Assembly: GCF_009914755.1 (NCBI RefSeq)
Contig: NC_060939.1
DNA from: the human T2T-CHM13v2.0 reference genome, Homo sapiens
Direction: 5' to 3' (one strand)
DNA: 64,000 bases
In this document: piece after piece, positions 28,960-39,412 of the stretch
How positions within the stretch are numbered: position 1 is the stretch's first letter
Layout of the letters: each line of letters starts with the position of its first letter
Translations under genes and position numbers: made by a program
Notes under the pieces: generated by a model
The model's database searches: none
What the model was told of the DNA's origin: nothing
Seen by the model: the letters and a program-made list of their open reading frames with translations, nothing else

Positions 28960-29960
28960 AAGGCACCACGTCCCCTCCTCGGAAACCCTCACGGCCTGGC
29001 TGGTGACCCTGGCGCCACAGAGACGGCACACCTGGCTCCAGGCAGCACAGAGCACTGCCAAGGTCCTAGAGGAGGCTGGCAGGATATAGGTTGTCCTGTG
29101 CTTAACTTGAAGCAGATGTGCCCTCTGTGAACCGGGGAATGGGGACGGCCGACACAGGGCCACTGCGTGCAACAGCGCCGGGCCAGGGCTAAGGAACAGG
29201 CAGAGCCGGCGCCCAGGTGACAAGAGCTCTGGCGATGGGCCCGCAGGCCCCAGCAGTTCCCTCATAGAGGCCACGCGGTGCAACACCTGCCACCGGCAGC
29301 GGGGCTTCCGGGGGTCCTGGGGCAGCTGGGGCCGACGGGGCGTCGCCCTTTGCCCTCTGACCCCTGCCTTTTGCGCCCCCGCTGGCGCTCCCTGGTTCTG
29401 TGAGGAACCTCGCGGCGGCGTCGCAGGCGTAGAGCCAGTCAGTTTGTGCTTGGTCGCCAGAGGAGGCGGTGGCTGAGGAGAGTTGAGTCCACTGCTGACC
29501 CTGTTTTACGGTAGGAGGCACGGCTAGCTCTAAATGGGCAATTTACTTAGTAAATTTAGACCCGGGTGCCGCCGCCGGCCCCTGCCAGGGCCAGGGCGTG
29601 GCGCCCCCGCTCCCCTGTCCCGGGACGCCTCCCCGCCCGGTCGGGCTCACTCTGTACCCACCCCGCGCCCTTTCCGCGGCCTGTTCCGCCGGAACGCCCG
29701 TCGCAGGCCTTCAGCAGCCAGCATCTTCGTCGCCCCTAAGAGGCCGTGTCCTCTCCCTCGGGCTGCGGCCGCCCCTCTGGGGGTCCTGCCGGCTGTGGGT
29801 TGGGGGCTGGCCATCAGGAAGACACCCATGCTGCCTGCTCGGAACCCCCCGAGGTTTGGACACCCCAGTTCCGTAAGGATCCCTCCTCCCAGCCGCATGT
29901 TCACTCTCCTGCTGCCTTCACCACGTGAGCCGGCGGTCAAGGCCAGGAAGCCCATCCCAG
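28960..29960. promoter_or_regulatory. CpG island / putative NPAP1 promoter and 5' region
   Basis: Abrupt GC- and CpG-rich stretch (e.g. cgcggcggcgtcgcaggcg, gccgccgccggcc) spanning the ATG in an otherwise AT-rich, CpG-depleted window. Boundaries estimated by eye. Confidence 0.8.
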
Positions 29961-32900
29961 CCACTCTCCTGGAGGAGACCGAGGTGTGGGCCCAAGAAGG
30001 GCCCAGAAGAGTGAAGAAGGATGAGGATCCGGTGCAGATCGAAGGGGAGGATGACGAGAAAAGGACCCCCCTTAGCAGCGGAGAAGCATCGTCCACATCC
30101 AGGTCCCAGGGCACCCAGGGAGACGTGGCCTCCTTCAGATGCAGCCCTGGGCCTCTGGAGGGAAATGTCTACCACAAGTTCTCAGAAAACAGCATGAGTG
30201 AGAAGGCCCAGGCGTCTCCAGCGAGCTCCTGCTTGGAAGGCCCTGCCATGCCCAGCACACACAGCCAGGCCGGATGTGCCCGGCATCTTCGAAAGCCTGA
30301 TCCGGATGCAACAGCGCCCCCTGAGCCAGCCGTTGGCTGCTCCCTGCTGCAGCAGAAGTTGGCTGCGGAAGTGCTGAATGAAGAGCCACCGCCCAGCTCC
30401 CTAGGCTTGCCGATTCCGCTGATGTCCGGAAAGAGGATGCCTGATGAGAAGCCTTTCTGTATTCCTCCAAGGAGCGCTGCTCCTCCCAGAGCTGCCCGCA
30501 ACAGGCCCTGCAAAAGGAAAATGTCGATTCCATTGCTGCTGCCGCTGCCCCCTTCACTGCCATTGCTGTGGGATCGAGGTGAGCTTCCCCCACCTGCTAA
30601 GCTCCCCTGCCTGTCTGTTGAGGGAGACCTACACACCTTGGAGAAGAGCCCTGAGTATAAAAGGAATAGCAGAATCTTGGAGGATAAAACAGAGACCATG
30701 ACAAACAGCAGCATCACCCAGCCTGCCCCTTCTTTCTCCCAACCTGTGCAGACCACAGACTCCCTGCCCCTGACCACTTACACTTCCCAGGTCTCAGCTC
30801 CTTTGCCCATCCCTGACTTGGCTGACCTGGCTACTGGACCCCTCATCCTGCCTATCCCTCCACTTTCCACCACACCAAAAATGGATGAGAAAATAGCATT
30901 CACAATCCCTAACTCTCCTCTGGCTCTTCCTGCTGACCTTGTTCCCATTTTGGGTGATCAGTCTAATGAGAAAGGAGGCTCTTATAATTCAGTCGTAGGA
31001 GCAGCGCCTCTCACTTCTGACCCCCCAACACCTCCTAGCTCCACACCCTCCTTCAAGCCTCCCGTCACAAGGGAGTCCCCAATATCTATGTGTGTGGATT
31101 CCCCTCCTCCTCTTTCCTTCCTGACTCTTCTTCCAGTCCCTTCCACCGGGACCTCAGTTATCACCAGCAAGCCTATGAATTCCACGTCAGTCATTTCCAC
31201 TGTCACAACAAACGCATCTGCCCACCTAACCTCACAGACTGCGGTAGACCCTGAAGTAGTTAATATGGATACTACTGCCCCATCTCAGGTTGTTATTTTC
31301 ACATCTTCCCTAAGCTCCAGAGTGAGCTCTCTCCCAAATTCCCAAATACATTGCAGTGCAGAGCAGAGGCACCCGGGAAAGACATCAGTCTACACATCCC
31401 CACTTCCATTTATATTCCACAATACCACCCCAAGTTTTAACCAACTCTTTGGAAAAGAAGCCACCCCTCAGCCCAAATTTGAGGCTCCTGATGGGCAGCC
31501 GCAGAAAGCTTCTCTCCCCAGTGCCTGTGTTTTCCTGAGCCTTCCCATCATTCCTCCTCCAGACACCTCCACTTTAGTGAACAGTGCCTCTACAGCATCA
31601 TCATCCAAACCTCCCATTGAAACCAATGCTATGCATACCACTCCTCCTTCCAAGGCTGTCATCTTGCAGTCTGCCTCTGTCTCCAAGAAGTACCTCCCAT
31701 TTTACCTGGGGCTTCCTGGTTCTGGGAACACACAACCCAGCGGCAACACTGCCTCAGTCCAAGGCTCCACCAGTTTGCCTGCACAGTCAGTCAGGGCACC
31801 AGCTACAGCTTCCAACCATCCTTTAAATCCAGGAGCCACCCCTCAACCCAAATTTGGGGCCCCTGATGGGCCGCAGCAGAAAACCTCTCTCCCCAGTGCC
31901 CATGATTTCCTGAGCCTTCCTATCATGGTTCCTCCAGACACCTCCACTTTAGTGAGCAGTGCCTCTGCAGCATCGTTATCCAAGCCTGCCATTGACACCA
32001 GTGACATGAATACCACCCCTCCTTCCAAAACTGTCATCTTGCAGTCTACCTTTGTCTCCAGGAAGGAGGAGTACATCCGATTTTATATGGGGCTTCCTGG
32101 TTCTGGGAACACACTACACAGTGACAGCATTGCCTCAGCCCAAGTCTCCACCAGTTTTCCTGCACAGGCAGATAGGAGACCAACCACAACTTCCAGCCAT
32201 CCTTTAAATACAGGATCCATCTCTCATTCCACACTTGGGGCCACTGATGGGCAGCAGAAGTCTGACAGTTCTTTTATTCTGGGGAATCCAGCAACCCCAG
32301 CACCAGTTATAGGCTTAACATCTCCTTCAGTCCAGCCACTGAGTGGCAGCATAATTCCACCAGGTTTTGCAGAGTTAACATCACCATATACTGCATTGGG
32401 CACACCTGTTAATGCTGAGCCAGTCGAGGGTCACAATGCAAGTGCTTTCCCCAATGGCACAGCAAAGACTTCTGGATTTAGAATTGCCACTGGGATGCCT
32501 GGCACTGGAGACAGTACCTTACTGGTTGGAAATACTATTCCAGGCCCACAAGTGATTATGGGACCTGGAACCCCTATGGATGGTGGGAGCATTGGGTTCA
32601 GCATGTCTGCCCCAGGCCCCAGTTCCACATCAGGAGAACTCAACATTGGACAAGGACAGAGTGGGACACCCAGCACCACTTCTGTTTTCCCATTTGGTCA
32701 GGCAGCCTGGGACCCAACTGGCCACAGCATGGCTGCTGCACCACAAGGGGCTAGCAACATTCCTGTATTTGGATATACTTCTGCTGCCGCCTACATTCCT
32801 GGTTTAGACCCACCTACCCAGAATTCATGCAGTGGTATGGGAGGGGATGGCACCAGATCCATAGTTGGAGGCCCTTGTGTTCCTGCTTTTCAACAGTGCA

Positions 32901-33004
32901 TCCTGCAGCACACATGGACAGAGAGAAAATTCTACACTTCAAGCACCCACTACTATGGACAAGAAACATATGTTAGGAGACATGTCTGTTTCCAACTTCC
33001 GTAA
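29534..33004 (+). CDS. NPAP1: Nuclear pore associated protein 1 (C15orf2), intronless POM121-derived retrogene, 1156 aa
   Basis: Uninterrupted 1156-codon ORF (MGNLLSKFRPGCRRRPLPG...RHVCFQLP). It carries POM121-like motifs (basic RPCKRK; LWDRGELPPPAKLPCLSVEGDLHTLEKS; PQPKFGAPDG) and a Pro/Ser/Thr-rich body. Length and N-terminus match human NPAP1 as recalled. Confidence 0.97.
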   Translation: MGNLLSKFRPGCRRRPLPGPGRGAPAPLSRDASPPGRAHSVPTPRPFRGLFRRNARRRPSAASIFVAPKRPCPLPRAAAAPLGVLPAVGWGLAIRKTPMLPARNPPRFGHPSSVRIPPPSRMFTLLLPSPREPAVKARKPIPATLLEETEVWAQEGPRRVKKDEDPVQIEGEDDEKRTPLSSGEASSTSRSQGTQGDVASFRCSPGPLEGNVYHKFSENSMSEKAQASPASSCLEGPAMPSTHSQAGCARHLRKPDPDATAPPEPAVGCSLLQQKLAAEVLNEEPPPSSLGLPIPLMSGKRMPDEKPFCIPPRSAAPPRAARNRPCKRKMSIPLLLPLPPSLPLLWDRGELPPPAKLPCLSVEGDLHTLEKSPEYKRNSRILEDKTETMTNSSITQPAPSFSQPVQTTDSLPLTTYTSQVSAPLPIPDLADLATGPLILPIPPLSTTPKMDEKIAFTIPNSPLALPADLVPILGDQSNEKGGSYNSVVGAAPLTSDPPTPPSSTPSFKPPVTRESPISMCVDSPPPLSFLTLLPVPSTGTSVITSKPMNSTSVISTVTTNASAHLTSQTAVDPEVVNMDTTAPSQVVIFTSSLSSRVSSLPNSQIHCSAEQRHPGKTSVYTSPLPFIFHNTTPSFNQLFGKEATPQPKFEAPDGQPQKASLPSACVFLSLPIIPPPDTSTLVNSASTASSSKPPIETNAMHTTPPSKAVILQSASVSKKYLPFYLGLPGSGNTQPSGNTASVQGSTSLPAQSVRAPATASNHPLNPGATPQPKFGAPDGPQQKTSLPSAHDFLSLPIMVPPDTSTLVSSASAASLSKPAIDTSDMNTTPPSKTVILQSTFVSRKEEYIRFYMGLPGSGNTLHSDSIASAQVSTSFPAQADRRPTTTSSHPLNTGSISHSTLGATDGQQKSDSSFILGNPATPAPVIGLTSPSVQPLSGSIIPPGFAELTSPYTALGTPVNAEPVEGHNASAFPNGTAKTSGFRIATGMPGTGDSTLLVGNTIPGPQVIMGPGTPMDGGSIGFSMSAPGPSSTSGELNIGQGQSGTPSTTSVFPFGQAAWDPTGHSMAAAPQGASNIPVFGYTSAAAYIPGLDPPTQNSCSGMGGDGTRSIVGGPCVPAFQQCILQHTWTERKFYTSSTHYYGQETYVRRHVCFQLP
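31460..32265 (+). repeat. In-frame internal tandem duplication in NPAP1 (375-nt and 381-nt units plus a partial third)
   Basis: ATPQPKFEAPDGQPQKASLPSA...PPDTSTLV...FYLGLPGSGNT starts at 31460 and recurs as ATPQPKFGAPDGPQQKTSLPSA...PPDTSTLV...FYMGLPGSGNT at 31835. A degenerate third start (SISHSTLGATDGQQKS) is at 32216. Confidence 0.9.
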
Positions 33005-33540
33005 GAGCACCTGTGGTTCACCTGATCACACCACATCAGTTGTGGTTGTAAATACCAGCATTATCCTTTTGTATGGTCATGCTTCTAGTTTCATCTTCAT
33101 GCCAAGCACCTGCCATGTACCTCTCCAGAACTCAGGTTGTGCACCAGGAGGGGACAACAACATCCCTGTGCTCCCTTTCTCTGTCAGTACACATGGGTCC
33201 CACCTGGACAAAACACAGGTGGTGCATCTGCAGTGAATGGCAACATATCTTTAATTAGAGGCCCTTGTGTATCCACCTACCAACAAAGTACCTAGGGCCC
33301 ACCTGGACAAAACACAGATGGTACCTCTTCCAGGAGTGTCAACATTCATTTGATAGAAGGCCCTCATGTGCCCATGTATCAGCAAAGCACCTGGGGCCCA
33401 CCTGGACAAAGCACAAACCATGCAATGAGGGACAGCAACACAACGGCTGTGACTGGTTGTACTTTTGGTCCCCCATTTACACAAAGCACCTGAGGCCCAC
33501 CTGGCTAAATGCAGGTGGTGCAATAGGAGATAGCCCCAGA
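32690..33540 (+). repeat. Degenerate 99-nt tandem repeat spanning the NPAP1 C-terminus and proximal 3' UTR
   Basis: Core cacctgg recurs at 33201, 33300, 33399 and 33498 (exact 99-nt period), within a(a)g(c/t)acct..ggcccacctggacaaa-like units. More diverged units lie inside the ORF. Confidence 0.85.
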
Positions 33541-33639
33541 TATTTGTAGGGAGAAACCTCTAGTCTCCCTTTCAGTAAAAATACTATGGACCTGCCCAAC
33601 CAAGGTGCTCCTTTTGACTTTAGAGGAACCAGCATTGTT

Positions 33640-33957
33640 TTTGTTTTGGTTTGTTTGTTTGTTTGTTTGTTTGTTTGTTTTTGAGACGGAGCCTTAGCCC
33701 AGGCTGGAGTGTAGTAGCACAATCTCGGCTCACTGCAACCTCCACCTCCTGGGTTCAAGCAATTCTCCTGTCTTAGCCTCCTGAGTAGCTGGGACTACAG
33801 GCATATGCCACCACACCTGGCTATTTTTTATAATTTTAGCAGAGACAGAGTTCCACCTTATTGGCCAGGCTGGTCTCAAACTCCTGACCTCAGGTGATCC
33901 ACCCACCTCGGCCTCCCAAAGTGCTAGGATGACAGGTGTGAGCCACCATGCCCAGCC
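33640..33957 (-). mobile_element. AluS in the NPAP1 3' UTR region with 19-bp TSD
   Basis: TSD tagagga(a/g)ccagcattgtt at 33621..33639 and 33958..33976; (TTTG)n tail. Confidence 0.96.
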
Positions 33958-34242
33958 TAGAGGAGCCAGCATTGTTAGTTAAATACTTGTGTTTGGATGG
34001 TCCTGGTCAGAGCACCTGTGCCTGTGATGGAAAGCAGCCACTAGTGACACTTGTACCTGCCAAGGCCTTCATAGGAGCCACCAACTCATTTTTTACTCCT
34101 ATCAATGGTCTTAAGAAATAAGCACTCTCCCTGCACATACAGTTCTCATAAATTGACATTGTTCCAGGAGGAATGGGCTCAGTTCCCTCAAGGTTAAACT
34201 TAACCTGCTCTCTTCCTACAGAAGCTGGAGGCCCAAAACCAC

Positions 34243-34259
34243 AGACAGAGAGAGAGAGA

Positions 34260-34289
<30 letters not shown>
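34243..34289. repeat. (AG)n(TG)n compound microsatellite
   Basis: agacagagagagagagagtgtgtgtgtttgtgtgtgtgtgtgtgtgt. Confidence 0.9.
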
Positions 34290-34290
<1 letters not shown>

Positions 34291-35009
34291 TATTGGTGAG
34301 TGTGGAGCAGATGAGCCCAGTCAGAACCGCACTGTATTTTAGTGGTCTTCTGCACTGTGGAGGGTAGAGGAAACCTGGCTTGACTGTTAACTTGGCTGAC
34401 CCTACCTCTGGGCCAGTTCTCTCTAGTCATGGACAGAAAGGCAAAATTCCCGACTTTGTGGACCCTATATTCTAGTTGAAGGGGAGAAAAGAAGCAAAAA
34501 CATGGAAATTATCTGGTAAATTAGCCAGTAACGAATGCTATGAAAAATAAAGAAGTACATGGAGGATTGAGATTGTAGATAGAAGCAGGTGTTTCAGTTT
34601 ACACTGTGAACAAGCCTCACTGGGAAGGTAAATTTAAACGAAGCCTAGAGAGAAGCAGTTGAGCCAGATATATGAGCAAAGACCTTTCCAGATAATAGGA
34701 GTGGTCATTGCAGAGGCTCAAAGGAAGGATCCCTGGTGTCCTCATGGAGCAGTTAGTAAGGAAATGTGGCTGGAATGGAGTCAGCAAGTGGGAGGGAGGG
34801 ATAGAGAAGAGGACAGAGGAGAGATGTGAGTGGAATTCCTTCCTCCACTTTTTACTAATTGTGTAATAACAGTTGACTCAAACTTCAAAAGTCTCAATGA
34901 AATCAGTACTTTTACTATGGCCTGTTTATCTCATAAGATTTTTGAAAGGATAAAATGAAATAATATGGAGAAATGACTTATAAGCTTTTGTTGTAATTTG
35001 TTATATACA

Positions 35010-35478
35010 TAGGGATGGATAGACGGATGGATAGATTAGATGATAGATAGATAGATAGATAGATGATAACGTTATGGACTGAATGTTTGTGTACCCCCAA
35101 AAATTGATATTTTGAAGCCTAACTTCCAGTGTGATGGTATTAGGAGGTGAGGCTTTGGGGAGGTGATTAGGTTTAGATGAAGTCATGAAAATGAAACCCC
35201 CATGATGGGATTTGCGCCTTTATGAGAAGAAATACCAGTGCTTTCTCTAATTGCCATGTGAAGGTATACCAACAAGGTAACAGTCTGTAAGCCAGGAAAA
35301 GAGTCCTCACAAGAAACAGAATTTGTCTTTATCTTGGACTTCCTAACCTTTAGAATTGTAGAAAATAATTGAATGTTGTTTAAGCTACCAGTCTGTGGCA
35401 TTTTTTGTAGCAATCAGAACTGACTAATAAAGATAGATAGATGATAGATAGATACATAGATAGATGATAGAGATAGAT

Positions 35479-35506
<28 letters not shown>
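35010..35506. repeat. (GATA)n tracts flanking both ends of the MLT1A-like LTR (35010..35068, 35431..35506)
   Basis: Imperfect gatagatagata arrays immediately left and right of the LTR. Confidence 0.9.
35070..35430 (+). mobile_element. MLT1A-like MaLR solo LTR
   Basis: gttatggactgaatgtttgtgtaccccc...gtgatggtattaggaggtgaggctttggg...ttgtttaagctaccagtctgtgg...gactaa. Confidence 0.8.
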
Positions 35507-35509
<3 letters not shown>

Positions 35510-35605
35510 TACATATATATGTATGGTCAATGACTGAGTTCCTTAGGCAATGGTGCCCTGATTGCCTTTATTAGGCAATTCAAATAGAAGAATAGAAGAA
35601 CCCCC

Positions 35606-35691
35606 TTTTTTTTTTGAGATGGAGTCTTGCTCTGTCACCCAGGCTGGAGTGCAGTGGCGTGATCTTGGCTCACTGCACGCTCCACCTCTCG
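35606..35691 (-). mobile_element. Severely 5'-truncated Alu (~85 bp) with TSD
   Basis: polyT-gagatggagtcttgctctgtcacccaggctgg...ctccacctc. TSD gaagaacccc on both sides. Confidence 0.9.
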
Positions 35692-36529
35692 GAAGAACCC
35701 CTTTTTATTAGCATAAAAGCACTTACTTTTATGAAGCAAACACATGTAAAAATATGATAACAGAGACTAAAACATTTATGAGATTAGGCCTGAAAGAAAA
35801 CAATCACAGAGAAATTACTGAATTCCTCTTGGCACCCTGGGGCCTGATTCATTCGCTCTAAATTGTTTAGTACAGTTCCAGAGGATCAAAGCTCCTGTTT
35901 CCTGGCCAGATAATCACCTAACTTTTGTAATCAGAACTGCCTTTCAGAAGTAGAGTGGAAATCCAGTTTTCTTCTAATAGCCCTATACCCTTGCAGTATT
36001 ACCAGGGACAAATTTTTTAAAATTCATACTTCTTGACATTTTTTAAAAGGCTTCAAGCTAAATATTATGATCCTGGTAAGACAAACTTTGAATAAATGTG
36101 TGAGAGATACAAAGATAATTTTTGTTTTCATGTTTTGATGCACTTACACAACTGAAACTATTTCTAAATATTCTTTTATTTTTTATTAAGATAAAAAGCA
36201 AACATAATATCAATTTAAATAATACTGAAAGTCAACCTTCCTACCACAGTTCCCTCCTCCAGAGATAGTGTTTAGCTACTTTGATGTCACTCCCATAGTT
36301 CTGAGTTTGCTTTTTTACTTCAACTATTATGTTATCTTACAGATGTCATTGTTTTTCCTAAAACTTGAAGTGCCTTCCTTTTTTTCTCCTTGAACTCTTT
36401 TCCCATAAAAAAAAAATGTTTTTGGTTTCTAGAATTTTCAAATAGTATTGTTTACTTGACTGAATCCCTTCCTTTTCCAGAAACCTTGAGCCTCCTCCAC
36501 TGGTTTGGGAGTGGTAAGACCAAAGTAAA

Positions 36530-37108
36530 TGTAAAAAGTAAAGTAGAGGTTCCTCTTCAAAGACTTTCCTCCCTATCTAATTAGAAATAAGTAGTAACTT
36601 CTTTTAGAAGCAAAATGTATTCACAGACCTGTACTAACATTCTTAAATATCTGCTAGTCATAATAAAGAAATCAATGTACTTTATGTTCTTAGCTCCCAC
36701 AATTTAGCCTAAGTATTTGCCCTGGCATGCTTATACTGGTCCAAGCATTAGGTCATAGCCTGTTCCTCTTCCTTATTTAGAAGTGTTTTTACCTTTCTCA
36801 GCATTCCACAAGTTACTTCCTCATTCCTTTGTTCTCCTCTACCTTTGCCTCTTTTAAAAGTTCTAAATTGCTAGCCAATCGGGACAAATACAGAATGTGA
36901 GGTCCTGTTCCAGCCAATGGAAACCGGACACAGCAGTAGGGTGGACGCGTCAGGTTATAAATGACCCTGTCTCCTTTGTTCGGTGTACTCTTGTGGCAAA
37001 ACTGCTGGCAAGTGTACCCTTTCTGCAGGAAGTAAAAATGGCCTTACTAAATAAATTTATGTTCAAGTGCTATTTCTTTACGACACCGAGGAACAAGCAT
37101 TTCAAACA
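36530..37108 (+). mobile_element. ERV1 solo LTR (LTR10/HERV-I family, LTR10C-like)
   Basis: TG...CA termini (tgtaaaaagtaaagtagaggttcctcttcaaaga...ttcaaaca), two CCAAT boxes, ttataaat TATA, AATAAA, and a near-TSD taaa/taag. Subfamily from memory. Confidence 0.8.
37050..37055 (+). terminator. Candidate NPAP1 polyadenylation signal AATAAA inside the solo LTR
   Basis: AATAAA (with an AGTAAA variant at 37031) near the 3' end of a sense LTR, ~7.5 kb from the NPAP1 ATG. This matches the recalled ~7.5 kb unspliced transcript. Other AATAAA exist upstream (e.g. 36662). Confidence 0.5.
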
Positions 37109-38513
37109 TAAGGACATGGTCTCAGAAGAAAGAGGCCTAAAGGAGCCACCCAAACTGCTTTTAGTTTAGCCCAGAAATGCTCACTAATCAATAATTTTTA
37201 AAAAATGTCTAATTCTGGCTGCATCATCCTAATTTCCTGAATCTATGGTAGAGCCAGGAATCTGGATTCCAGGCAGCACTCTAGGGAGGTATGATGCAGA
37301 CAGTCCATGTTTCCTATTATTCCAAACACTGCTTCACACCTTACATGAGAGCTCACCAAAGTCCTCATTCATCTCATAAGATAAAAAAATTTGTATAGGA
37401 TGTGGTTCCAAAGCCCTAATTAGTAATAAGCAGAGTGTTTTCCTTACATCTGTGTCTCATGAACTAGAAAATGGCCTGCGGAAAATTTGAGAATTTCCAA
37501 CTCATGGATGCATGTCTTTCTTGCTCTAAATATCTTCATGTTAGAGGTCTAGAAACTGCCCCCAACTGTGAGAACACTGTCCAGGGCCCCCTTAACCAGT
37601 CACTGCTGTGATCCCAGGGTTATGTGATGCAATGAGGGCTTCCCAAACAGCAATTCATTCTTTACCTGAGGCAGAGCTGGGAATGGCTCTCTCAGAAGTC
37701 CCAGGACAGGAATATCATCATCAGATGTGCCTTCCAGATAGGAAAATTGAGGCTCATAAAATCAAATATTTGCTAAGTTTTACAGCCATGATCTAGATCC
37801 TGGATTTATCCAATGCATGAAATGGGGCATGGGAGGGACTAGAAAAAAAGAAGCCAAACAAAATCTCTGCTAAAAAAATTATCTGTCTTAGGTAAATAGT
37901 ACCTTTGCTTTAAATGCATACTAAGCTGTGAATGACTGATATCAGAGACTTTCTTGGAAGTAGGTTTCATAGGATGGAGGACAAATGAAACTTTATGGGC
38001 GAAGAAAGAAGGGTCAGTTGGGTGGTGCATTGAAGTAAGTGGTTCCAAAAGCAAACTAGGTCAACTTTTTAACTGGCTAGTGAAAATGAGATTCCTCAGG
38101 ATACAAAAGCAAGGAGAAGACAGGAATAAATCAGGACTCCAACAGGCAGAACAGGATTTATTTAGGGCATGCAATGTGGAGGGCCCTAATGGGAACATGA
38201 CAGTGTTGAGAGGAGCACATTCTCTTGGGAATGAAGCATTCCTGCAGGGAGAGTCTCTGAGACTTCCTAGCATATGTCTGCTATGCAGGTAATTACATTG
38301 TCAATCTAATGGTTTAAAAAATATTCTGGTGAGGGGAAGCATTAGTTCAAGACATGTGAGATGTAAGCAATCAACAGACCAAAAACATTGATACTTTATG
38401 GGTGTCGTAACTCCATATTACTAAATGGCCATGTTTTGCCATCTTAAAGCTACAGGGGTTCTGGGCTTCAGTACTATATGCAGAGAATATTAACACCAGA
38501 CATTGGTTGTTTA

Positions 38514-38846
<333 letters not shown>

Positions 38847-39019
38847 TTATTATATTACATCCTGGCACCATTAACCATCATTTTACTGCATATAGAGAGC
38901 AACTCTATACTTCATGCAAACTACATAGACTAGCATTTGCTTTGTAAAGAGAAAGGCAGGACGATTCTCAAAATAAAAGGAAACTGGAGGAATTCTGGGG
39001 AAAAAATAGAGGAGATAAG

Positions 39020-39412
39020 TTTCACTCGCGTCCATGTGAAGAGACCACCAGACAGGCTTTGTGTGAGCAACAAGGCTGTTTATTTCACCTGTGTGCAGCG
39101 GGCTGAATCCAAAAAGAGAGTCAGCGAAGGGAGATCGGGGTGGGGCCGTTGTATAAGATTTGGGTAGGTAAAGGAAAAAGGGGGATTGTTCTCTGGCAGG
39201 GAGGGGTGGGGGTCACAAGGTGCTCAGTGAGGGAGCTTATGAGCCAGGAGAAGGAATTTTACGAGGTAATGTCATCAGTTAAGTCAGGAACAGGCCATTT
39301 TCACTTCTTTTGTGGTGGAATGTCATCAGTTAAGGCAGGAACCAGCCATCTGGATGTGTACATGCAGGTCACAGGGGATATGATGGCTTAGCTTGGGCTC
39401 AGAGGCCTGACA
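39020..39412 (-). mobile_element. HERV-H 3' LTR7
   Basis: Reverse complement reads tgtcaggcctctgagcccaagctaagcc...gtgaaa. AATAAA at 39079..39084 (-). Confidence 0.93.

Noticed and set aside
29189-32807. Many overlapping antisense and alternate-frame ORFs (e.g. 30169..30777, 29647..30114, 29189..29521)
   Set aside because: Expected shadows of a GC-rich long ORF and CpG island; no recognisable domains.
33186-33530. Regularly spaced repeat as a CRISPR-like array
   Set aside because: Eukaryotic context, degenerate repeats, mutually homologous inter-repeat segments and no cas genes. It is a tandem coding-type repeat.
32865-33549. ORFs 32865..33236, 33073..33258 and 33265..33549 as independent genes
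   Set aside because: Better explained as frames of the decayed 99-nt repeat; no independent promoter evidence.
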